From a virus, in the IMG/VR virus record IMGVR_UViG_3300030117_004272, positions 1-64,000 of that record: a stretch of DNA of 64,000 nt; one strand, given 5' to 3'. Shown here in pieces: positions 38,470 to 45,879 of the stretch. The position numbers and the translations under genes were made by a program. The notes under the pieces are model-generated. The model ran no database searches, was not told the origin of the DNA, and saw only the letters and a program-made list of their open reading frames with translations. Numbering within the stretch: the stretch's first letter is position 1; each line of letters begins with the position of its first letter.

Positions 38470-39060
38470 ATGTAGGGGAAAAATTACCCTAGCTCAGTGA
38501 CAGTGAGAATTTTGATTTTTGACAGTATAGCCCGCTTAGGGGTGACCAACTAAGATCGACTGATAGCGAATAAAGTATTTTAGCAGTAAAAGCCTTGTTA
38601 ACAGTTTTAAGAAAATTACAGAGCGGAATCTGTGGGGAGCAGTTTAAAATCCGTAAAGGATAAACGTCCAATCCGTTTACTCTGAGGCATAGCTTAAAAA
38701 ATGGTAGTTAACACAAATATGAATTTAGGAGTAATATCGAGCCGCCAAAAAATTGCGCGCTGCAACCAGTTTAAATTACTAGCACCTGTTGAATGCCTTA
38801 AGTAGGATTGAACATTTTAGAGGGTGCAAAAAAAGCGAATACGATTTAGCAAATCTTTTCGTCCCTATGTATTCACGCAGACCAGACCGATTTTTCGGAT
38901 GTACCTTAATCACGTTTCAAAGTTATTTAGCTCATATGATTATTTTATATTGGTTTTAAATTATGGCTAACCAAGCAATTTAAAATTACAACTGGTCTCA
39001 ACGGATTGAAGCATACTAAGGTATCACGGTTCATATTTATGAGGTATGAGCTTGGCAATT
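38470..39060 (+). ncRNA. Candidate large structured non-coding RNA
   Basis: No credible ORF; many local and long-range complementary segments (see findings). Confidence 0.4.
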
Positions 39061-39197
39061 ATCCATTGCACTATTGGCAAGAATACCGCCAATAGTGCAA
39101 TGGTCTGAGTTTTAACAACTAAGTTGTTAAGATTCTGACCATTGAAAACAATGGAAAAAACCTAACAATAAAACATTAAAAAATAGAAAGAAATAAA

Positions 39198-39737
39198 ATG
39201 GCTAAAAAAGCAAATAAGAAGAATGCAATCGAATTAACTGCAGATCAAAAGACAGTTCTAGAAAATGTTACAACTGAGTTGTTAACAGTGAGGGATGCCT
39301 TCATTGAGGCAGTTTATAAAGCGACTCTGACACTTAAAGAGGTACTAGTCGAAAAGATTGAGGTAATGGAGAAAGCAAAAATTCCTAGTCCTGTAATCTA
39401 TAAAACTATCCAAGACATTACTAAACCATTGGTTAAAAATGGTAATACTTCACAACAGAATATATCTAAGATCCTCACAAGTAGAGGTCATAAGATGAAA
39501 ACAACTAGAAAGGACGCAGGTATTACTAAGACTCTTAACAAGGTATCTGTCGGATATATCAAAATAGCTGAAGCTACAACTAAAGCAGTTCTTGTTAACA
39601 AGAAAAAAGCAGATAAAGAAAAGAAGCCTGTGACTGCAGAGCAGATTGCGAAGTTGTTCAAAGCTGCATCTACCGATGAACAAGCCAAAGCTGTCGATCT
39701 TATAAATGAGATTGTCACAGAATTAGATAAGAGTTAA
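39198..39737 (+). CDS. First early gene, basic hypothetical protein
   Basis: 179 aa; its stop lies inside a palindrome and it has an internal palindrome copy. Confidence 0.75.
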   Translation: MAKKANKKNAIELTADQKTVLENVTTELLTVRDAFIEAVYKATLTLKEVLVEKIEVMEKAKIPSPVIYKTIQDITKPLVKNGNTSQQNISKILTSRGHKMKTTRKDAGITKTLNKVSVGYIKIAEATTKAVLVNKKKADKEKKPVTAEQIAKLFKAASTDEQAKAVDLINEIVTELDKS

Positions 39738-39907
39738 CAACTGAGTTGTTAACTTATCACTTATCAAGTGAGTATTGAACATTGCACCATTGTCAACTAA
39801 TCCTTGGCAATGGTGCATCCTTCAATTCTTAATTGAACATCTTAACAACTGAGTTGTTAACAATAATAATAATAATAATAAGAAGTAAATAACAAATAAT
39901 AAAACAT

Positions 39908-40093
39908 ATGAAAACAGATATGCTTAAAAGATATGTAGAAAATGAAGAGGTTTTCTATAATAGAAAAATTGATATCGAATACACTAAAGAAACTGAACTG
40001 GAATTTGAAATAGTAGCTCTTGAAGAAAAACTAAAAAAAGCACGAGCAAAAATCAGAATGCAGAACAAAATCATTGAAGCTCTTACAAAATAA
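39908..40093 (+). CDS. Early hypothetical protein (coiled coil)
   Basis: Bracketed by palindromes; A-rich leader. Confidence 0.65.
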   Translation: MKTDMLKRYVENEEVFYNRKIDIEYTKETELEFEIVALEEKLKKARAKIRMQNKIIEALTK

Positions 40094-40162
40094 AAGCTGA
40101 GTTGTTAACAACTGAGTTGTTAAATTAATAACAAATAAAAACAATAAACATAAAATAGCAAT

Positions 40163-40342
40163 ATGAGAGATAAGAAAAAAGCATGGGATACTCTAAGAGA
40201 ATTAGGGATAAGTGAGGAGACCTTACAAATTGTTACGAGTATAAACGGATATACTTTTGAGACAATGGAGAGCATTCTATATGCAGCTTTGGGGTATGAG
40301 TCTTTTGATCAGATTATCAGATGGACTGGGGTAAAGGCATAG
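40163..40342 (+). CDS. Early hypothetical protein (59 aa)
   Basis: Hand translation MRDKKKAWDTLRELGISEETLQIVTSINGYTFETMESILYAALGYESFDQIIRWTGVKA; bracketed by palindromes. Confidence 0.7.
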   Translation: MRDKKKAWDTLRELGISEETLQIVTSINGYTFETMESILYAALGYESFDQIIRWTGVKA

Positions 40343-40422
40343 ATCTAAAATTTCAATCCTTAACAACTGAGTTGTTAACAACTGAGTTGTTAAATTAATA
40401 ACAAATAAACCAAGAAAATAAA

Positions 40423-40758
40423 ATGACTATATTCGCTATATCAATAGCTATAATAATCTGCATAGGCTTACCAGTAGCTGAGGCAATTATTGCAAACAAA
40501 CAACTGAGTAGGAGGGAAGCCGACTACCAGCTTTTAAGAAAGCACTACACCGAAAAGTTTTTCCGTCTTGAAGAGTTGGAAGAACTACACGATTCCATGA
40601 CCAGAGCTAGGGATCTATGGGAAGATAAATATAGAAAGCTAAAAGTGGACTATAAAATATTGAAGGCGGAAAAGGTAAGGGCTGAATTGGAAGCAATCAA
40701 AGAAGTGTGTACTCCTATATATGAGGACATAGCAGAATGGGAATCTAAAAAACTTTAA
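40423..40758 (+). CDS. Early membrane-anchored coiled-coil protein
   Basis: N-terminal hydrophobic helix; stop inside a palindrome. Confidence 0.7.
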   Translation: MTIFAISIAIIICIGLPVAEAIIANKQLSRREADYQLLRKHYTEKFFRLEELEELHDSMTRARDLWEDKYRKLKVDYKILKAEKVRAELEAIKEVCTPIYEDIAEWESKKL

Positions 40759-40824
40759 CAACTGAGTTGTTAACAACTGAGTTGTTAACTTATTAATATA
40801 CAAACAAGAAAGGAATAAAATAAA

Positions 40825-41319
40825 ATGAGTGAACTAGAACACTTAGAATTGTGGACACGTCCACAGAATTATATCGGAGAAACATGGGAGGATCATTACG
40901 TATTCTTGTCACAGATTAGAGACAGTGATGCATTGCAACGATCCAACTTCACCAAAGGATTGGAGGCGATAGGCGGTGAAGATCCTGAGATGGTGATCGT
41001 TACGAGTGCGAGTCATTGGGCTTGTGGGTGGATAGAGACTATCTACATACATAAAGATGCTCATGATGCTTTGAGAAAAGCGAATGAGATTATGGGTGAA
41101 CTAAAAGATTACCCTATCATAGATGAAGAACACTTCTGTGAGCTTGAAGAGTCTGAGGCTCAAGAGGCGTGGAAGAACTACTACTCTCCAAAAGAAAGGG
41201 TCGAGTTCTATCGGAAGCATTGGCACTACTCCTGTGGACTCATGTCATTCAAAGAGTTACTCCACAGTGTGAGGACTGGGGATATATTCTACGGCTACGC
41301 AGGGGACATACTTAATTAA
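40825..41319 (+). CDS. Early hypothetical protein
   Basis: AAAGGA leader; SNF...HWACGWIE...DYPIIDE; stop inside a palindrome. Confidence 0.75.
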   Translation: MSELEHLELWTRPQNYIGETWEDHYVFLSQIRDSDALQRSNFTKGLEAIGGEDPEMVIVTSASHWACGWIETIYIHKDAHDALRKANEIMGELKDYPIIDEEHFCELEESEAQEAWKNYYSPKERVEFYRKHWHYSCGLMSFKELLHSVRTGDIFYGYAGDILN

Positions 41320-41366
41320 CAACTGAGTTGTTAACTTATTAACATACAAACAAGAAAGGAATACCA

Positions 41367-41552
41367 ATGGATACAAACGTAACCACCAGACCATCTAACT
41401 CAGGAGAGAAGGCCCAGAAAACTATAGACAAAGCATCAGCCGATGAATGGGAGTCATGGAAGTCGGAAAAGAATGACCCGAACAATGAACACCGAACAAC
41501 TAGCGTTGGAATTAATAACATGGGCCTCGCCTTTGCACTAATTAACAACTGA
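41367..41552 (+). CDS. Early hypothetical protein
   Basis: AAAGGA Shine-Dalgarno; TGA stop at the centre of a palindrome. Confidence 0.5.
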   Translation: MDTNVTTRPSNSGEKAQKTIDKASADEWESWKSEKNDPNNEHRTTSVGINNMGLAFALINN

Positions 41553-41594
41553 GTTGTTAACTTATTAACATACAAACAAGAAAGGAATACCATC

Positions 41595-41795
41595 ATGAGA
41601 ATATCAAAAGATGAATACAATATGCTAGGCAATGGATCACGAGTCTATTGGAGGAATGGATACGGAGAGAAAGACAAAGGAATAGTTTACGATACTTGTT
41701 TCGAGAACAATGAGGTCGAGCTAGTCATATCGTACGAGGGCAAGCGAACACGAGCATGGATAGATATCAATGACCTAATAAAAGTGGTCAGCTAA
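41595..41795 (+). CDS. Early small SH3-like beta protein
   Basis: AAAGGA Shine-Dalgarno; GSRVYW...GIV pattern. Confidence 0.65.
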   Translation: MRISKDEYNMLGNGSRVYWRNGYGEKDKGIVYDTCFENNEVELVISYEGKRTRAWIDINDLIKVVS

Positions 41796-41910
41796 TTTCA
41801 ACACTGGTTGAATTGTTAGGTGAACCATGTGCCATGTGCCATTAACAACTGAGTTGTTAAATGGTGCATGGTGCATGCAACCTTAATTAACTTATAAACA
41901 AAATAGATAA

Positions 41911-42279
41911 ATGAAATACTACTACGTTATAACAACACAATATATGGAAAACTACGGAGCACACTCTGGTAGTGGAAAGTTTTCTGATGGGCAAGCTCAT
42001 TGGAAGTTCAAGGGTGGTGAGCAATACCTCATCTCCACAGAGTCACAGCGGTATGCGGATGCGGTCGCATTCTTGACAGCTTATTTACATGAGAGGAATA
42101 ACAGCGTTCACTCAAAAGAGATCGTGGTCTCATGGGATCATGAGCCATTGGTAAACCCATCCAACGCAAAGGATGAGGGGTACATAGCAATAGACATCGA
42201 GGAGTATTTTAATAACCCCGTGTTTAATGAACTTATAAACAAACCAAGTAATGAAGCCAACATATATAAAAGAAACTAA
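41911..42279 (+). CDS. Early hypothetical protein
   Basis: ITTQYMENYGAH...HWKFKGG conserved-looking phage motif. Confidence 0.75.
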   Translation: MKYYYVITTQYMENYGAHSGSGKFSDGQAHWKFKGGEQYLISTESQRYADAVAFLTAYLHERNNSVHSKEIVVSWDHEPLVNPSNAKDEGYIAIDIEEYFNNPVFNELINKPSNEANIYKRN

Positions 42280-42712
42280 GATAGCCTTGCAACTTGCAAA
42301 GCAATACCATGACGGACAACTACGTGCCGTCGGCACAGATATGGGTAAGCCGTACTTCGACACCCATATCCTACGAGTAACCAATGCGGTGAGCTATAGA
42401 TCCAGAGCTGCAGCAGCACTGCATGATATTCTGGAGGATACAGTCATGTCATCACATGAACTCGCCTATGTAGTAGGACTCAGACAAGACACCATTGATG
42501 CGGTCGATCTACTGACGCAAGGGGAGGATGAAAGTTATCACAACTACATCATGAGGATTCACAGTGCAGAAGGTGAGGCAGGTAACATCGCAAGAGAAGT
42601 GAAGATCGCTGACCTGATGGATAACTTCTCAACCTTTCCAGAGGGGCAGCTTGTACCTAAATACTTAGCAGCCTTACACATATTAACCGAACCATACAGA
42701 ACAAAACTTTAA
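42251..42712 (+). CDS. Stand-alone HD-domain RelA/SpoT-type hydrolase (small alarmone hydrolase-like)
   Basis: A...H.GQ.R...G.PY..H...V, AAALHDILEDT, LLT, VKIADLMDN. Confidence 0.8.
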   Translation: MKPTYIKETKIALQLAKQYHDGQLRAVGTDMGKPYFDTHILRVTNAVSYRSRAAAALHDILEDTVMSSHELAYVVGLRQDTIDAVDLLTQGEDESYHNYIMRIHSAEGEAGNIAREVKIADLMDNFSTFPEGQLVPKYLAALHILTEPYRTKL

Positions 42713-42756
42713 CAACTGAGTTGTTAACTTATTAACATACAAACTAAATAATACCT

Positions 42757-43002
42757 ATGATAAAAAATAAATTACACCATTGGATCACTCTACGAGAGGG
42801 TGATGGATACGGAGTCTTCGATGTAGATTGGAGACTCGATACTATAGATGAGAAGGGCGAGACAGTTGAGGCTGTTTACGTGGACGGATGGAGCTGTGAT
42901 TCCTACAAAGAAGCTGAACAAATATTCTACAGCTTTATCAAGAATCATCCAGACTCATCACATGAGAACGAAATAACAGGAGTAAAGAAGATCAGAGTTT
43001 AA
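42757..43002 (+). CDS. Early hypothetical protein
   Basis: Bracketed by palindromes. Confidence 0.65.
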   Translation: MIKNKLHHWITLREGDGYGVFDVDWRLDTIDEKGETVEAVYVDGWSCDSYKEAEQIFYSFIKNHPDSSHENEITGVKKIRV

Positions 43003-43052
43003 CAACTGAGTTGTTAAGCTGAATATAAAATAACAAACTAATAAAATAAAAA

Positions 43053-43559
43053 ATGAAAGTAGAAGTAACAACAGATATCTTCAATGAAGATACATTTAAA
43101 TTAATAGCAGAATACAAATTCGAAAAGTGCGGAGGCTCTTGGAGTAATACAGTACCAGAGGAGGAACTTGAAAAAATTCCTCACTCATTCGTAGAAAAGG
43201 TAGGAGGATTCTTACCACCATCAAATGGGTTTCATGTATTTGATTCCTACGAATCGCCAAGAGCACCTTACTGGTCATCATTCCTTTGGAGAGTGGTGAG
43301 GGTAGGGGACAGTGAATATACTGTACATCAGTTCGAACCAATCAAGAAGTTTTACAGGGTCTCTGTAGTGGTTGAAGACTCCGTATTGGTTGAAGCTGAA
43401 TCAGAGGAGGAAGCTAAAGAAATCGTGGAAGGTTATAGCCCTTCTGATCTTGCAGATGAACTCGGTCTTGATGACATCGAAGTAACTGATGCAGAAATTG
43501 ATGCGGATGGTGACGATCTGGATGCTATAAAATCATTTAACAAATCATTTAACAACTGA
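43053..43559 (+). CDS. Early acidic hypothetical protein
   Basis: C-terminal VEAESEEEAKEIV motif common in small phage proteins; TGA stop inside a palindrome. Confidence 0.7.
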   Translation: MKVEVTTDIFNEDTFKLIAEYKFEKCGGSWSNTVPEEELEKIPHSFVEKVGGFLPPSNGFHVFDSYESPRAPYWSSFLWRVVRVGDSEYTVHQFEPIKKFYRVSVVVEDSVLVEAESEEEAKEIVEGYSPSDLADELGLDDIEVTDAEIDADGDDLDAIKSFNKSFNN

Positions 43560-43599
43560 GTTGTTAACTAAAACATAAACATATAAAAGAAAATAATAC

Positions 43600-43627
43600 T
43601 TGCATTATTCTAATAATCTATTATAAT
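43600..43627 (+). promoter_or_regulatory. Sigma70-like promoter
   Basis: TTGCAT-16 nt-TATAAT upstream of 43657. Confidence 0.55.
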
Positions 43628-43656
43628 GTACAATAACAAACTAAATAAACTAAATA

Positions 43657-44604
43657 ATGAATACAATAAACCAATACAACGATAAAGAAATCAAAGCAGG
43701 TCTTGCTAAAAGTGAGATCCTTACAGTCTTGAATAATACTGTCCAAGTCACTTGGGCAGGTAGTAAACCGACAGGCTTTAGTGCTACCCTTAAAGGTAAG
43801 ACTAAAGAAGTGGTTAAGGACACCAATGCTAAGAAGGGCAGAGTAAGAGCTTCAGCTACAGTTCTTGAGACTCGTAACAACTCTCTTGGCAAGATGCTTA
43901 GTGTCGTGCAACAGGCTCAGATGAACTATAAGATAGGTACGCATCCAAGCGATGTGCGTGGGGTACGTATTGTATCAACTGACAAGGTTGCTGAGATACA
44001 AGCAATGATTGATGATATGTCAAGACAACTCGATAATCTACGAGTGGAGGCTTTGAGAGAGTGGGATACCATACGTGCTGAATCAATCGAAGGCTTGGGC
44101 GATAACATCCACGAGGTCAACGTACCTCACAATGGCGAGGAGTTCTTAGGAGAATTCAAGATCGCTGTATCATGGTCGGCTGCACCGATGGCAATCAAGA
44201 AGGGTACTATCTTCGATGGTATGACAGAGGAAGTAGCTAACAAAGTGATTGCTCAATCTGAGAAGACACGCATCGATGTGATGGCAAGGAACCATTCTAA
44301 AGTATTGGAACCTGCTATGAAGAAACTTAAAGAAGCTATTAAGAAAGTGACTAAGGGTGAGCGTCTCCATCAGAAGACATTCGATGAATTGAAAGAAGCC
44401 TCTGCAGAGTTGAAGGAATTGAACTGGTTCGAGTTCGATGTCATCAATGATATTGTCAGGGATCTTCAAGAGGTCGGCAGCATCCAACGTGATCACTTAG
44501 GTAAGACAGGATCAGCGACAAGAAAGCTCGCTGCTACTGCAATCGAGGATGTGTACAACCAAGCAGAACGCACAGCTAGTAGGCTTGCTATCTGTGGACT
44601 CTAA
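43657..44604 (+). CDS. DUF3150-like helical protein associated with an AAA-vWA pair
   Basis: Size, helical character and typical position upstream of AAA and vWA genes. Confidence 0.5.
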   Translation: MNTINQYNDKEIKAGLAKSEILTVLNNTVQVTWAGSKPTGFSATLKGKTKEVVKDTNAKKGRVRASATVLETRNNSLGKMLSVVQQAQMNYKIGTHPSDVRGVRIVSTDKVAEIQAMIDDMSRQLDNLRVEALREWDTIRAESIEGLGDNIHEVNVPHNGEEFLGEFKIAVSWSAAPMAIKKGTIFDGMTEEVANKVIAQSEKTRIDVMARNHSKVLEPAMKKLKEAIKKVTKGERLHQKTFDELKEASAELKELNWFEFDVINDIVRDLQEVGSIQRDHLGKTGSATRKLAATAIEDVYNQAERTASRLAICGL

Positions 44605-44659
44605 TCTTAACAACTCAGTTGTTAACTAAACCATTAACTAAAAAACTAAATAAAATACA

Positions 44660-45835
44660 ATGAATACCGAAACACCAGAAATCAAATTCAGCGACGTACA
44701 AACACAAGCTGAGATCGTATACTCATCAGGAGACTCAGTAATGATTCTCTTGGGATCAGGAGGTACAGGCAAGACAGCTCTTGCCAATGCCTCAGTAACT
44801 AAGGCTATCGCTAAACTCTACGGAGTTACCGATGAAACTGTAAAGGTGTACAAGTGTAACTACACTGGTGCATCACCTCTTGAGATCACAGGTTATGGGG
44901 TCTTGAAGAAGGGTGCGAATGGTGAGGATCTCATGTCATTCTCAGAGCCAGAGGGTATACCGACGGCAGCACTTCTTGAGAGACTTGGCATGGAAGATAC
45001 TCCTTGCTTGCTAGTCTTCGATGAGATGCCAGAGTGGGCAGCCGATACAAGATCGTTGGTACGTAGTACTATCGATCCAGATGGTGAGTCTAAGATCGGC
45101 TCGCATAGGCTTGGCGAGAATGTCAAGATACTCGTGACAGGTAACCGACGTGAGGATGGATCACGCTCTGCAGTACTGGATGCCCCGATAGTGAATCGTG
45201 GTAATCAGTTTATATTAAAAGCAGATATCAACTCATGGTTGAGTTGGGCATCTGAGTTTGCGTGGAGTAAGTTCTCACCAGTCGTTGAGTACCTACAGTT
45301 CAACGCTAAGTTGGAGAATGGTAACCGCTTCGCTCCATCTATCCCACAGCCTTGGGATGGATCACCGCATCCAACTCCGAGATCATGGGCGAGTGCTGCT
45401 AAACAGATCAGCTATATTGAGAACAACCTTGAGCTTAGTAAGTCTGAGTTCAACAAGCATCTCAAGCTGACACTGCAATCTAAGGTCGGTGACACTACAG
45501 CTCGTGATTGTATCGCATACATCAACAGCTCAACAGGTCTGCTCGATGACCTTGATGCTGTACGTAAAGGCGACATGGACTTATCAGACAAACCTACTGA
45601 TCAGTTCAAGATGATCCACGCTGCACTACGGATCATGGACTATGAGCTAACTGACCTTGAGAGTCGAGGCAGGGACAGAGGAACGGCTGTGTCTGCAGGT
45701 GATGTAGATTGGTTCGTTGATAGATTCCTACTACCCGCTACTAAGGAGATTGCGAGAGCAGGATATCATGCAGCGATCAACGTAGGCATCCCATTGAAAG
45801 AGCATCCTAAGAATGCAGAACTGAAAGGACTTTAA
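44660..45835 (+). CDS. MoxR-like AAA+ ATPase
   Basis: Walker A GSGGTGKT, Walker B LLVFDE, sensor TGNR, NR finger, PTPRSW. Confidence 0.85.
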   Translation: MNTETPEIKFSDVQTQAEIVYSSGDSVMILLGSGGTGKTALANASVTKAIAKLYGVTDETVKVYKCNYTGASPLEITGYGVLKKGANGEDLMSFSEPEGIPTAALLERLGMEDTPCLLVFDEMPEWAADTRSLVRSTIDPDGESKIGSHRLGENVKILVTGNRREDGSRSAVLDAPIVNRGNQFILKADINSWLSWASEFAWSKFSPVVEYLQFNAKLENGNRFAPSIPQPWDGSPHPTPRSWASAAKQISYIENNLELSKSEFNKHLKLTLQSKVGDTTARDCIAYINSSTGLLDDLDAVRKGDMDLSDKPTDQFKMIHAALRIMDYELTDLESRGRDRGTAVSAGDVDWFVDRFLLPATKEIARAGYHAAINVGIPLKEHPKNAELKGL

Positions 45836-45879
45836 CAACTGAGTTGTTAACTAAACCATTAACTAAAAAATAGAATACT

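Larger units (their letters stand above)
38108..45850. repeat. Dispersed 19-bp palindrome TTAACAACT[G/A/C]AGTTGTTAA, 16 perfect + 4 degenerate copies
   Basis: Perfect copies start at 39112, 39734, 39842, 40105, 40360, 40375, 40755, 40770, 41316, 41542, 41842, 42709, 42999, 43549, 44607, 45832. Degenerate copies at 38108, 38384, 39267, 40090. Confidence 0.97.

Noticed and set aside
39862-39880. (AAT)n microsatellite
   Set aside because: Short and in an A-rich leader; no evidence of phase variation.
39112-45850. CRISPR array interpretation of the 19-bp repeats
   Set aside because: Spacing is irregular (15 bp to over 1 kb) and the intervals are whole genes. There is no cas operon; the Cas4-like gene is an ordinary phage replication exonuclease.
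39112-45850. Classical integron
   Set aside because: No IntI or other tyrosine recombinase is recognisable and the sites are much shorter than attC; kept only as an analogy.
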